In this document: positions 28,670-38,056 of the stretch, piece after piece
Layout of the letters: every line of letters starts with the position of its first letter
Numbering within the stretch: the first letter of the stretch is position 1
IMG/VR virus record: IMGVR_UViG_3300042502_001233
Location: 1-64,000 of that record
Length of the DNA: 64,000 nt
Direction: 5' to 3' (one strand)
Notes under the pieces: model-generated
Seen by the model: the letters and a program-made list of their open reading frames with translations, nothing else
Databases searched by the model: none
What the model was told of the DNA's origin: nothing
Made by a program: the position numbers and the translations under genes

Positions 28670-29311
28670 TTATTTTGAATAATAATAACTTGGGATTCTT
28701 ATTTTAACACCGTGTCTAGCACCCAAAGCATCAACACCTTCTGTAAATCTAGTATCAAAACCACAAGTTTCTTCAACGACACCCGTAAGATAAAGAGTAT
28801 ACTGAGCTTTACCCAACCAATCTTTTTCTTTTCTAATATCACTAACACTTACTATTAAACCGTTGAATGTATGGTCTTTCATAAACTCATTCAATTCTTC
28901 TTTAAGGGTTTCTTCATCAATATCCATTTGAAATGGAACACCCATAGATGTTAGTGATTCGCTAACCATTTCGTTGTATCTTCCGAAACTTCCGTTTATT
29001 AAAACTTGGAATGGAACCCATTTAACCACATGTGGTTCATTATGGTTTATTTTACCAGAATACTTGGCTAAATAAGTATAACCCATGTTACCACTTTTAT
29101 GTATCGCAAATACCAATTGTAAATCAGAAATATCCAAACCAGTTTCTTCTTTACATTCTCTTATGGCTGTTACCATAGGGTTTCCGATGTCTTCTATTTC
29201 ACCTTTGCCGCCGATTAACCCAAAATCATTATGATTATCTTTTCTAGAAACACCAAGTATTAACCCGTCTTCATTTATTAATACAACTTGTGACGTATAT
29301 TTTATTTCCAT
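28670..29311 (-). CDS. Nudix hydrolase
   Basis: GGKGE...TAIRECKEETGL Nudix box. Confidence 0.9.
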   Translation of the reverse strand: MEIKYTSQVVLINEDGLILGVSRKDNHNDFGLIGGKGEIEDIGNPMVTAIRECKEETGLDISDLQLVFAIHKSGNMGYTYLAKYSGKINHNEPHVVKWVPFQVLINGSFGRYNEMVSESLTSMGVPFQMDIDEETLKEELNEFMKDHTFNGLIVSVSDIRKEKDWLGKAQYTLYLTGVVEETCGFDTRFTEGVDALGARHGVKIRIPSYYYSK

Positions 29312-29391
29312 TATTTTATTTTTTTACAAAAATACGAATTAATTTTAAACAAAACAAGAACTTTAAAAAATATCTTCATATTTATAGATAT

Positions 29392-29544
29392 ATGAAGAAT
29401 AAATATAAAACGAAAACAAAAGTAAATTATTCTATTAATTCCGAAATAGTTAATAGTTTTAATGATTTAGCTGATAAAAAATCAGTTAATAAATCAAAAT
29501 TAATAGGTCAATTAATACAAAAATGGATAAATGAAAACTTATAA
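29392..29544 (+). CDS. small ribbon-helix-helix-like protein
   Basis: KVNYSI...NKSKLI..LI; similar to ORFs at 49280, 49493, 54207, 54421. Confidence 0.65.
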   Translation: MKNKYKTKTKVNYSINSEIVNSFNDLADKKSVNKSKLIGQLIQKWINENL

Positions 29545-30169
29545 AATTTACACTTTAAACCATCCAATTACTAATGAAATACGTTATGTTGGACAAACTG
29601 TTTATGAACTTAAAATAAGGTTAAGAAAACATTTAGTTTCTAAAGATAAATCATATAGGACAAACTGGATACAATCATTGTTAAAACAAGATTTAAAACC
29701 GATAATAAATTTAGTTTTAGATAATTTATCAAAAGAAGAAAGTAATTACTATGAACAATATTATATACAAAAATATAAAGAAAACGGTGTTAACTTAGTC
29801 AATTTAACAAACGGTGGTGAAGGTAGTAATGGGTTTCGTCATAGTGAAGAGACTAAAAAATTATTATCCAATATTAGAAAAGAACAAAAAGAAAAAAATA
29901 TACTAAAATTTAACTCTATAAATAATAAAATTAGTAAAACTAAAACACCTAAAATTGATATTGAGGTTTATTCCGCTAACGTGATAAATCAAAAAGGTAG
30001 AAGAAATATTAAGCAATTTACATTAGATGGTGAATTTATCCGAGAATTTATCTCATTACGAGAAATAGAACGAGAATTAGGTTATTTTAGAGCAAATATA
30101 ACACCTTGTTTAAAAGGTGAGTTTAAACAGGCTTATAATTTTATATGGAAATACTCTGATGAAACTTAA
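29531..30169 (+). CDS. GIY-YIG homing endonuclease
   Basis: KIYTL..RYVGQT..R..H; NLTNGGEG, HSEETKK. Confidence 0.9.
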   Translation: MKTYKIYTLNHPITNEIRYVGQTVYELKIRLRKHLVSKDKSYRTNWIQSLLKQDLKPIINLVLDNLSKEESNYYEQYYIQKYKENGVNLVNLTNGGEGSNGFRHSEETKKLLSNIRKEQKEKNILKFNSINNKISKTKTPKIDIEVYSANVINQKGRRNIKQFTLDGEFIREFISLREIERELGYFRANITPCLKGEFKQAYNFIWKYSDET

Positions 30170-30420
30170 ATGATTCTATGTTTAATCATTGACGTATCTA
30201 TCCCAGCTTTATTTGCCTTTTCGATAAGTTCTTTAAGCACACATTTACCAACCTCAGTTATTTCTTTAGCTTTATCCATATCATATAACGTATAACCACG
30301 TTCTAATGCGGAAATTTTAACTTTTTCACTAATTGTTAGTTTATCATTGTGGTTATCCTTTCTAGACACCCCAAGTATTAAACCTTCTTCGTTAATCAAT
30401 ACTACTTGTGCTGTTATCAT
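30166..30420 (-). pseudogene. orphaned 5' end of Nudix gene fused to unrelated tail
   Basis: QVVLINEEGLILGVSRKDNHND nearly identical to start of 28670..29311. Confidence 0.8.
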
Positions 30421-30734
30421 TTTTTTCTATTTTTTTTAGGGGTTAAAGTTGTTTTCCTTTTTTGCCATATTTTAAACTTTGTAGCTAACACATTTTGAGT
30501 ATAAGTGTTAAGCGGTTCTTCAAAAGTTTCACATTTTTCATATGATTCTTTATATAATAAATGCATAAGATGAATAGCAGATGTTACATCAACGTGATTT
30601 ATATCGTTTACTATTTTATCAAACCTATTTAATAACCTAGCTGGTTTTCTGGAATCTAAACCCCTTTCATTTATTATATTAACCATGGTTATGGCTGCTG
30701 GTGAATCACCAAATGTTCTTTCATCTAATTTCAT
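30417..30734 (-). CDS. hypothetical protein
   Basis: 105-aa ORF. Confidence 0.65.
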   Translation of the reverse strand: MKLDERTFGDSPAAITMVNIINERGLDSRKPARLLNRFDKIVNDINHVDVTSAIHLMHLLYKESYEKCETFEEPLNTYTQNVLATKFKIWQKRKTTLTPKKNRKK

Positions 30735-30735
30735 G

Positions 30736-31257
30736 TTATATAATTTTAAAATTAATAGCTTGATGGATACTGAGCCTATCCTCTTTTATCGCATCTTCAA
30801 TTGTTTCGTGACCAATGTACCAAAAAGAATCAAATTTACAAAATTTTTCTTTACCCTTTATGTTTCGTTTATAAACCCCATTTGTTTCTGGGAAAATACT
30901 GGACTCAATTTTCATTGTAGGGTGTTTTTTAAGTGACCATTTAATTGGAGTTTTCCAAGTTATAAACAAAGTTTTCGTAACCCCATTTATTGATTTAATT
31001 CTGTGGAAGTCTGTTGGTTTCCTGAATATTACTGAACCAACACTATGTTTTTTAACCTTTATTTTATCACCATCTAAAAATTCTTCAACATAACCATTTT
31101 TAAGGATTACGGATATGAAATAAAAAGGATGGTTATGTAAAAAAGGCGTTTTGTCTTCACTTAAAATTGTGTGAAAACGAACATGTAGTTTTTTATAAGA
31201 CATCAAAGTCTTTCTAATCATATAATTAGGTAAACTATTATACTCCTTAAGTAACAT
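30736..31257 (-). CDS. cupin-fold protein
   Basis: LHNHPF..S.IL..GY.E...FHRI. Confidence 0.65.
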   Translation of the reverse strand: MLLKEYNSLPNYMIRKTLMSYKKLHVRFHTILSEDKTPFLHNHPFYFISVILKNGYVEEFLDGDKIKVKKHSVGSVIFRKPTDFHRIKSINGVTKTLFITWKTPIKWSLKKHPTMKIESSIFPETNGVYKRNIKGKEKFCKFDSFWYIGHETIEDAIKEDRLSIHQAINFKII

Positions 31258-31313
31258 AACTATTTTTTACAAAGATACGATATGTTTTTAATATATGCAA
31301 ATAAAAAGGGGTC

Positions 31314-32252
31314 TTAGGACCCCTTTTTTATTTCAGTTACTATACCTTTAATAGCAAAGTTTTTTATTTTTTGCCATTTGGTGATGTTGTTTGACATCAC
31401 TGGTTTACCACCATCTGGATTTATTGCAATCGTAATGTGTGGTATTGCATTGGCTGATGGATAACCTTCTACTTTGACCGCCATGGCCATATCGCTAAGA
31501 CCTATGGCTTCAACATACAACGTTACCTCTTTACCTAAGTCTTCTTTGTTTGGAACACCTTTACCGAATACAATTGTCATGTGGTGAGCAAATACTTTCC
31601 AACCTTCTGGGATATAATCATCAAGTCTAGATAACAACGCTGCTTTAGAACCATTATCCAATACAACAGCTGAATATAACACATCAGATTCTTTGTACAT
31701 GTCTTTAGACTCCAAAACACTTTTCAATGTTAGCAATCCTTGACCTTTGTGAGATTCAATCAATGATTGAATTTTTTCCAATGGTACACCGTGAGTATTT
31801 CTCTCAGCAAGTATTTCCGCTGGTAACCCGTTGGTACCTATATCAACAAATTTTATGTTGTTATCAGACAAACCTAATTCTAACGCTGCTTTCACATACG
31901 CTTTGGATTCGTTTTGTTTGATGTTCGTGTTATCCACAATAACTGGTGATAATCCTTCTTTCAAAGATTTTATCGCATTTTTCAAGTTTGTTGAGTGCGC
32001 TCTTGACAATGGTGTGAAATCTTTCGACTCAAACATTGCTGCAAAGAATTTGTTGTAATCACCTTGTGACTCAATAACATCGTCTGTGGAGTGTATGATA
32101 CCTTCACCTACTAGTTCTTTAGCTTTTGTGGATTTACCAGAACCTGGTATACCGCGCATAACTATCAGTTCTTGTGTTGGTCTTGTAACTACAACACCCA
32201 ACGCATTTTTTTTCATGTCTTCTCTTAATATTGTTCTTATTTCTTTTTTCAT
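31314..32252 (-). CDS. polynucleotide kinase-like P-loop + 2H cyclic phosphodiesterase (RNA end healing)
   Basis: GIPGSGKS, VDNTN, RNTHGVP; HHMT and HIT motifs. Confidence 0.8.
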   Translation of the reverse strand: MKKEIRTILREDMKKNALGVVVTRPTQELIVMRGIPGSGKSTKAKELVGEGIIHSTDDVIESQGDYNKFFAAMFESKDFTPLSRAHSTNLKNAIKSLKEGLSPVIVDNTNIKQNESKAYVKAALELGLSDNNIKFVDIGTNGLPAEILAERNTHGVPLEKIQSLIESHKGQGLLTLKSVLESKDMYKESDVLYSAVVLDNGSKAALLSRLDDYIPEGWKVFAHHMTIVFGKGVPNKEDLGKEVTLYVEAIGLSDMAMAVKVEGYPSANAIPHITIAINPDGGKPVMSNNITKWQKIKNFAIKGIVTEIKKGS

Positions 32253-32276
32253 TGTGCAAATGTATATATTAGTTTT

Positions 32277-33038
32277 TTAACTAGCAACTTTTTTATATAA
32301 TAATTTTTTAACGTTTGGTGTCAAAGAGAAATTTGGAATTTCTTTTAAACACCATTTAAGATAATGCGGTGCTGTTTTGGCAATCTCTCCAACTGTTTTA
32401 CCTTTGTTCTTACCAAAATTAATCACATCATCTTCATCCAACGCTTTTGATACTTTGGTTGTGGCTGGTTTCTTTTTATCTTCCATTAACATAAGTTTAG
32501 AATCTTTTAAATCAACCATGTGAAGCATAATCTTAGCCTCATCTTTAGCATCAGCGCCAGCTCTATGTTCTTCAACATATACCTCACCGTCCTTCATAAA
32601 GAATTGGTTATAAATCTCTTCCACCGATGGTCTTTTGGTTTTACCATTCTTATCTTTGTATTGTGAGTATTGTGTGGCTGTTTGCATAAGACACTTAACG
32701 TCTTTCATTTCAAACCCAGCAGCTTTCAAGAATCTAAGGTCAAATGATTTGTTATATGCGGTCATTTTGTATTTGTCAAACAATTCTTGGAGTTCTTCTC
32801 TGTAATCATCCAAAGATTTCGCATTTTCAACGTCTTCAACCGTAAGTGTTGTGTTTTGGAATATCCAAGAGTTCTTATGTCTTTTTGAGTTAAACTTATC
32901 GTGTTTAATTACGTTATCGAAAACTATTTCGATTTTTTTGGTTACGGTATCCACTAAGGCAATACCTATTTCTACGATAGCATCAGACTGCGCGTAAAAA
33001 CCTGTTGTTTCAATATCTACTACTAATAATTTCATGTA
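32277..33038 (-). CDS. DEDDh 3'-5' exonuclease
   Basis: DIETTG, YNKSFD, HRAGADA; C-terminal FGKNKG domain. Confidence 0.85.
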   Translation of the reverse strand, partial: YMKLLVVDIETTGFYAQSDAIVEIGIALVDTVTKKIEIVFDNVIKHDKFNSKRHKNSWIFQNTTLTVEDVENAKSLDDYREELQELFDKYKMTAYNKSFDLRFLKAAGFEMKDVKCLMQTATQYSQYKDKNGKTKRPSVEEIYNQFFMKDGEVYVEEHRAGADAKDEAKIMLHMVDLKDSKLMLMEDKKKPATTKVSKALDEDDVINFGKNKGKTVGEIAKTAPHYLKWCLKEIPNFSLTPNVKKLLYKKVAS

Positions 33039-33066
33039 TTTTGTTGTTATAAACAAATATACTAAA

Positions 33067-33999
33067 TTAAGTTTGATTTATCAAGTGAATAATTGAAGGG
33101 TTGTAAACTATTATGTGTTTTATATTTTCATAGTCTTTATTTACTATGATTCCGTCAATACCTAAAGAAACACAATTTCTAACAAATTCAACTGGGTTAT
33201 ATCTGTAAAAATCAATCCATACTTGAAGAATGCAGTCTTTTTCGTTATCATTGAAGTTCATACAACCTTCAACAAATTCTTGCATACCTCTTATTGGATT
33301 TTCGTCCCAATTTTGTGCACTACCTTCCCAATCTTCAGCCATCATAGCTAATTTTTTGATATAAGGTCTTAATTTATTTTTGTTTATTGGAACTTGGTCA
33401 AATAAAACTCTTGGTGTTAGTTTTACACTATAGATATTTTCACCATAACGACCAGCTTCTTCTTTTGATGTGGTGAAGTAAATACCTGGACCTTCTAGGT
33501 CATTGGCTTCTTTACCACCAACAAAATCATCCATAAATTTAGTTATTTTGGTTGGGCTACCGTGAAATACGTAGTATTCACCACCATCGATTGATTCTGG
33601 TAATAAATTTTCCCTAAGCAAAGTCTTAATCAAAAACTTATTCTCGTTTAACGAATTTAACATAAAATTACAGTTTGGAAATAAAATAATTTCATTGGTT
33701 TCACCATCTTTCATTGTGATAATCGCATCATAACCCAAACCCATTAATTTTTTTGTTAATTGTTTACCCTTGGCTTTATATTCTTTAGCCAATTCGTATT
33801 TGTAAGAAATTTGGGTGTCATCGTCAACCTCTATTGTAAGTGGATTTTTTATTACAGCCAAACCAGAAACCCATGGTTCTTTAACTGGTCTATCAGTATC
33901 TTTTTCAATCACATATGTACCAGATGGTTCAACATCTTGACCGAACATAGAACCGTAGTATTGTGCTGGTTCCATGTTTTTCATTATCCTTAATATCAT
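33067..33999 (-). CDS. ADP-ribosyltransferase-like (ART-PolyVal-type) protein
   Basis: FHGS, GPGIYFT..A..Y, GIDGII; second degenerate N-terminal copy (GYDAII). Confidence 0.6.
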   Translation of the reverse strand: MILRIMKNMEPAQYYGSMFGQDVEPSGTYVIEKDTDRPVKEPWVSGLAVIKNPLTIEVDDDTQISYKYELAKEYKAKGKQLTKKLMGLGYDAIITMKDGETNEIILFPNCNFMLNSLNENKFLIKTLLRENLLPESIDGGEYYVFHGSPTKITKFMDDFVGGKEANDLEGPGIYFTTSKEEAGRYGENIYSVKLTPRVLFDQVPINKNKLRPYIKKLAMMAEDWEGSAQNWDENPIRGMQEFVEGCMNFNDNEKDCILQVWIDFYRYNPVEFVRNCVSLGIDGIIVNKDYENIKHIIVYNPSIIHLINQT

Positions 34000-34039
34000 A
34001 TTTTCTTTTTATATAAATATCATGATTCAAGGGAAAATC

Positions 34040-34127
34040 TGGAGGAGAATATGGGATTCGAACCCATGGGCCGAACTAACGGCCACGGTTTAGCAAACCG
34101 CTCCAATAACCACTCTGGCAATTCTCC
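34040..34127 (-). tRNA. tRNA-Ser(GCT)
   Basis: class II cloverleaf with CCA. Confidence 0.93.
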
Positions 34128-34134
34128 AAATTTG

Positions 34135-34170
34135 TACCCCTACAGGGACTCGAACCCCGATTCTAGCCTT
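34135..34170 (-). pseudogene. orphan 3' half of a tRNA
   Basis: GGCTAG-AAT-CGGGG-TTCGAGT-CCCTG-TAGGGGT-A directly after the HNH stop codon; no 5' half. Confidence 0.7.
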
Positions 34171-34771
34171 AATTTTTGTAATTTTTTAAATATCGGTCTT
34201 TTCTAGCTGAGTTTTTATTTTTAGATTTATATGTATCTAATTGTGAATCACAATTATGACATATTAACCTTAAATTATTTCTCATATTATTAGACGCATT
34301 TCCGTTAATATGGTCTAAAATAAAATTCATAGGTTTACCATTCCAAACATTTTTAATATTACATATATCACATTCACAATTTTGTTCTATTAATATATGT
34401 TTTTTCAATGGTGCTAAATCTTTATTAGCGTTACAAAAATCTTCTTGATTACTCAAATAATTTTTATAGTATTCTTCAGTTTTATGTTTTACCCAACATT
34501 CTTTATTACAATATAATTGTTTATCATAAGAAGTGTTAACTTCTTTACCACAACACAAACAATTTATTTTCTTACCCTTACCAGTGTTAACTGGTTTGAA
34601 ATTTTCACCAAATTTTGCTCTGATTGGTAATTCAATTCCTAATCGTTTACATACTTTTTTTATATATGTATCAGAAACACCGTATTTTTCACCAATTTTT
34701 CTATAAGAAATTTTTTGAACAAAAATTAAATCTTCTAGGTCTACTTTTTTATATTTTTCATTATAATCCAT
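34169..34771 (-). CDS. HNH homing endonuclease
   Basis: LDHINGN...NLRLICHNC. Confidence 0.85.
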   Translation of the reverse strand: MDYNEKYKKVDLEDLIFVQKISYRKIGEKYGVSDTYIKKVCKRLGIELPIRAKFGENFKPVNTGKGKKINCLCCGKEVNTSYDKQLYCNKECWVKHKTEEYYKNYLSNQEDFCNANKDLAPLKKHILIEQNCECDICNIKNVWNGKPMNFILDHINGNASNNMRNNLRLICHNCDSQLDTYKSKNKNSARKDRYLKNYKN

Positions 34772-34849
34772 AATATTTTTTTATTATAAATATAATGAAT
34801 TCGAACCAAAAGTCAACTATTTTTAAATTTAATTTTATGTTCAGATTTG

Positions 34850-34922
34850 TGACCTTATCGGGATTCGAACCCAAACGACAAATTTAGAAGATTTGTATGC
34901 TAATCCGTTACATCATAAGGCC
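34850..34922 (-). tRNA. tRNA-Arg(TCT)
   Basis: CAAAT-CTTCTAA-ATTTG. Confidence 0.88.
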
Positions 34923-34940
34923 AGTTATTATTTAATGTTG

Positions 34941-35014
34941 TGGCTCCGACAGGGCTCGAACCTGTGACCCACAGATTAGAAATCTGTTGCTCTGTCCATC
35001 TGAGCTACGGAGCC
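34941..35014 (-). tRNA. tRNA-Arg(TCT)
   Basis: ACAGA-TTTCTAA-TCTGT. Confidence 0.93.
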
Positions 35015-35021
35015 AATTTTT

Positions 35022-35098
35022 TGGTGACCACGGTAGGATTCGAACCTACAACCTCCGCAGTCGTAATGCGGTGCGCTATCCAGTTGCGCCACGTGGCC
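35022..35098 (-). tRNA. tRNA-Arg(ACG)
   Basis: CCGCA-TTACGAC-TGCGG, CCA. Confidence 0.93.
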
Positions 35099-35104
35099 AG
35101 TATT

Positions 35105-35177
35105 TGGTACCGAGTATGGGAGTCGAACCCATGTATTCATCTTTATGAGGGATGAACGTTTTCCTATAACCCTCGGC
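35105..35177 (-). tRNA. atypical tRNA with CAT anticodon (Met/Ile2)
   Basis: short D arm, extended anticodon stem TTCATC/GATGAA, CCA. Confidence 0.65.
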
Positions 35178-35183
35178 ATTTTG

Positions 35184-35257
35184 CGGCCTCGACAGGATTC
35201 GAACCTGTAACCCTTGAGTTAACAACTCACCGCTCTAACCATTATAGCTACGAGGCC
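35184..35257 (-). tRNA. tRNA-Asn(GTT)
   Basis: cloverleaf, G73. Confidence 0.9.
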
Positions 35258-35264
35258 TTTTTTT

Positions 35265-35340
35265 TGGCGGCCTAGGTAGGATTCGAACCTACACGCCTCA
35301 CCTTAACAGGGTGCCGCTCTACCGTTGGAGCTACTAGGCC
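35265..35340 (-). tRNA. tRNA-Asn(GTT)
   Basis: cloverleaf, CCA. Confidence 0.92.
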
Positions 35341-35446
35341 AATTTTATATTTTTATCAATACACCGAGTACCACAATTACGGTGCGCCTCTGGCCTACTC
35401 GCCAGCAATGCTGTTTTTACCCGTGGTTACACCATTTGATAGGGTG

Positions 35447-35520
35447 TGGTCCCCTCGGGACTCGAACCCGAAACCGTCGCGTTATGAGCGCGCTGCGCTA
35501 ACCAATTGCGCCAGAGGACC
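35447..35520 (-). tRNA. tRNA-CAT (Ile2 or elongator Met)
   Basis: GCGCG-CTCATAA-CGCGA. Confidence 0.88.
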
Positions 35521-35763
35521 TTATTTACGTTTTTCAACAAGATAGTTAATGTAATCTTCGTAGCCATCATCATCATCATCATCATCATCATAATCATCAT
35601 CTTCTGGTTCAAAGTCTTCATCTAACATTTTATCCAGAACTTCAAAAGCTATTTTCATTACTTCGTTTTCTTTACCCTTTAATTGTGGGTTAGGAAGCAA
35701 AATGAACAATCCAACTATGGCTTCTACCAATCCTTTTTCATTTTCACTATATTGTCTTTTCAT
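35521..35763 (-). CDS. acidic hypothetical protein
   Basis: poly-Asp encoded by GAT repeat. Confidence 0.6.
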   Translation of the reverse strand: MKRQYSENEKGLVEAIVGLFILLPNPQLKGKENEVMKIAFEVLDKMLDEDFEPEDDDYDDDDDDDDGYEDYINYLVEKRK

Positions 35764-35765
35764 AG

Positions 35766-35849
35766 TTGTGACGGTGGGGCTCGAACCCACATTGTGTTAT
35801 AAACACCCAGCGTATCAGGCTGGTGACTAAACCATTCATCCACATCACA
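35766..35849 (-). tRNA. tRNA-Ile(GAT) with long variable arm
   Basis: CCAGC-CTGATAC-GCTGG + GTGTT-TAT-AACAC hairpin. Confidence 0.8.
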
Positions 35850-35856
35850 GTTTTCG

Positions 35857-35930
35857 TGGGTAACACGGGAGTCGAACCCATAACCTCTCGCGTATCAGGC
35901 GAGTGCTCTAACCAGTTGAGCTAGCTACCC
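35857..35930 (-). tRNA. tRNA-Ile(GAT)
   Basis: canonical. Confidence 0.93.
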
Positions 35931-35938
35931 ATTATTTG

Positions 35939-36011
35939 CACGGACCAAGAGAATCGAACTCTTTCCATTCGAGGTTTTGGAGACCTGATGCATGCCATTA
36001 TGCTGGCCCGT
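35939..36011 (-). tRNA. tRNA-Trp(CCA), slightly atypical
   Basis: AGGT-CTCCAAA-ACCT, G73. Confidence 0.8.
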
Positions 36012-36019
36012 ATTTAATT

Positions 36020-36113
36020 TATCACCAAAGGATTCGAACCTTTACACCCTTCTCGGGTTACCGTTTTCACTACAGCAGTCAGTACCCAGTTTACTCTTTT
36101 GACTCACGTGATA
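36020..36113 (-). tRNA. degenerate tRNA-Ser(TGA)-like
   Basis: acceptor, long variable arm, T arm; enlarged D loop, G33. Confidence 0.45.
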
Positions 36114-36120
36114 AATTTAG

Positions 36121-36207
36121 GGTGAAAAGACGGGACTCGAACCCGCAAGGACATTTCTGTCATCTGGCTCACAACCAGACTCGCTACCGTTACGTACTAC
36201 AATCACC
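36121..36207 (-). tRNA. tRNA-His(GTG) with long variable arm
   Basis: TCTGG-TTGTGAG-CCAGA + GACA-GAAA-TGTC; imperfect acceptor. Confidence 0.75.
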
Positions 36208-36216
36208 ATGTATTTC

Positions 36217-36849
36217 TTATACTCGACCTAATCTCCAATTATCTGGAATTAAATCATCTTTTTTAATCTTTTTATTTTCACTACCATTTGTTACCCATCG
36301 ACTACCAAATTGTGAATTTGTTTCACCAACACCAGTACCTTTTTTTACTTTAGACATTAATTGTTTAGATTCATGACTATGGGTTTCACCTTCCCAATTT
36401 TTAATCCAATTTTTATCTCTAGTACCAGTTAAATATTCTAGTGTTCTAGCTGTTGATATTTTATTACTTTTCTTTTCTACCCATTCTGGGTCTTGTCTTA
36501 AAAGCTTTTGTTTTTCGTTTGATTTAATCGCATTCAATTTTTGTTGTTCCGAGCTAAACCCACCAGTACCACCTTCTCTAAGATTCATACACATAGGGTT
36601 TTCCACCAACTCTTTAGTAACAATTTCAATCTCTCTAAGAACCATTTCTTCTCTTGTAGGTAAAAATTCAAGTATTTCTTTTGTATGGTTTTCCACACCA
36701 TGTTTTCTAATTGAATACCTAAGTCTTTTACCACTCCCCATATAACCATCTTCCAGGTTATATGCACTATGCATTCCTACATAATATCTTCCCGTTACAT
36801 TACATGTTGTTTTATATATGTAATGTATGTTTCTTTGTTTTCTTGCCAT
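36217..36849 (-). CDS. GIY-YIG (Seg-like) homing endonuclease
   Basis: YIYKTT..YYVGMH..DGYMGSG; paralog of 57153..57812. Confidence 0.88.
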   Translation of the reverse strand: MARKQRNIHYIYKTTCNVTGRYYVGMHSAYNLEDGYMGSGKRLRYSIRKHGVENHTKEILEFLPTREEMVLREIEIVTKELVENPMCMNLREGGTGGFSSEQQKLNAIKSNEKQKLLRQDPEWVEKKSNKISTARTLEYLTGTRDKNWIKNWEGETHSHESKQLMSKVKKGTGVGETNSQFGSRWVTNGSENKKIKKDDLIPDNWRLGRV

Positions 36850-36908
36850 TTCTCTTTCTTTCTAAATAAATATCTTAAGAAAGAGAAAAGTACAAAAAAG
36901 TTTAAGAG

Positions 36909-36983
36909 GGTGGTATATCGGGTTCGAACCGATGACCCTCGACACCACAAGCCGATGCTCTAACCAACTGAGCTAATACCACC
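36909..36983 (-). tRNA. tRNA-His(GTG)
   Basis: canonical, G-1:C73. Confidence 0.93.
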
Positions 36984-37076
36984 ATGTTTAATTTACATTC
37001 ACCGCATTTTTGCGGCGATTATCACCGTTAACTTTAAAAATTATAAACTATGCGGTGATAATATTGTCTATTCGCC

Positions 37077-37511
37077 TTATTTTTGCGGTGAATATTTTTC
37101 TATATAATTTATTAAATTATTCAAATAATTAATATCTTCTTTTACATTACCCAACAATTTATTACATTTGTCACATAAAATATCTCTAACAACACCAGTT
37201 AAATGACAATGGTCCACATGTGTGTTTTTATCATTTTTTAGAACATCACTACAGATAGAACATTTATTATCTTGTTTATCTAATTTTAAAAAATATTCTT
37301 CTTTTGTAAGACCATAATTTCTTAAAATTGAATTATATTTTATTTTTTCTTTCTGAATAGGGTTTTGATATCTAATCTTAGTCCTATTATTTTCACACTC
37401 TTTACAATAATGATTTAAACCATCTTTATTATAATTCTTAATACCAAATAAATCAATACTTTTTACTTCTTGACATTTGGAACATCTTTTTACGTTCGTA
37501 TTTATTTCCAT
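37077..37511 (-). CDS. endonuclease VII-like HNH protein
   Basis: YGLT...QDNKCSIC..VDHCH..G.VR.ILC..CN. Confidence 0.85.
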   Translation of the reverse strand: MEINTNVKRCSKCQEVKSIDLFGIKNYNKDGLNHYCKECENNRTKIRYQNPIQKEKIKYNSILRNYGLTKEEYFLKLDKQDNKCSICSDVLKNDKNTHVDHCHLTGVVRDILCDKCNKLLGNVKEDINYLNNLINYIEKYSPQK

Positions 37512-37580
37512 ACTAATAAATATCTAACATTTTGTAAAAGTGCGGATAATTTTTAATATTCACCGCATTTGTAAACTTTG

Positions 37581-37668
37581 CGGAGATAGTAGGATTCGAA
37601 CCCACAAGCCGTTTCCGACCACAGTTTTCAAGACCGCCAAGCTTAGTCCACACTGCTCTTATTCTTCC
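37581..37668 (-). tRNA. tRNA-Ser(TGA)
   Basis: GCGGT-CTTGAAA-ACTGT, long variable arm, G73. Confidence 0.8.
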
Positions 37669-37850
37669 AATTCATCGTCCTTTTTAATCTCTACAAAGAT
37701 TACGGTGAACCCACCTTCTTTATGAAATCTTAGCTCTCCGTGATATCCACTGGCATCAGCTATCTTTCTGTACTTATCGACTATCAGGTCGAAATCTTTT
37801 GTAAGGTTTACAGTTTTCTCTGTTCCTAATTTTCTCACCAACTCACCCAT
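37659..37850 (-). CDS. hypothetical protein
   Basis: 63-aa ORF, first cistron after attenuator. Confidence 0.6.
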   Translation of the reverse strand: MGELVRKLGTEKTVNLTKDFDLIVDKYRKIADASGYHGELRFHKEGGFTVIFVEIKKDDELEE

Positions 37851-37861
37851 AGTCTTAAAAT

Positions 37862-37896
37862 AAAAAAACCCGATTAAGTTTTCACTCATCGGGTTG
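37862..37896 (-). terminator. attenuator terminator of Ser/His/Trp/Ile/Met/Asn/Arg tRNA operon
   Basis: AACCCGAT-GAG...CTTA-ATCGGGTT + U tract. Confidence 0.85.
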
Positions 37897-37921
37897 TATA
37901 TTGTTATCTTTTGAATTCTTA

Positions 37922-38020
37922 CTAGAACTCTATGATGTCACAATTAGACATACCCGACACTTGGTGACTATTGCGTCTCCAATTCGAAATCGAAATCATA
38001 TGTATGTTAATTGTTCTCAT
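37922..38020 (-). CDS. attenuator leader peptide MRTINIHMISISNWRRNSHQVSGMSNCDIIEF
   Basis: 16 consecutive I/N/H/M/S/W/R codons; GTCGGGT complementary to terminator arm ACCCGAT. Confidence 0.8.
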   Translation of the reverse strand: MRTINIHMISISNWRRNSHQVSGMSNCDIIEF

Positions 38021-38056
38021 TTTGTTTTATTTTTAATGTTGTTTTTAAATTCTTTG

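Noticed and set aside
35427-35621. Poly-Met ORF as a Met-sensing leader
   Set aside because: Alternate frame of the GAT repeat encoding poly-Asp in 35521..35763; no linked terminator.
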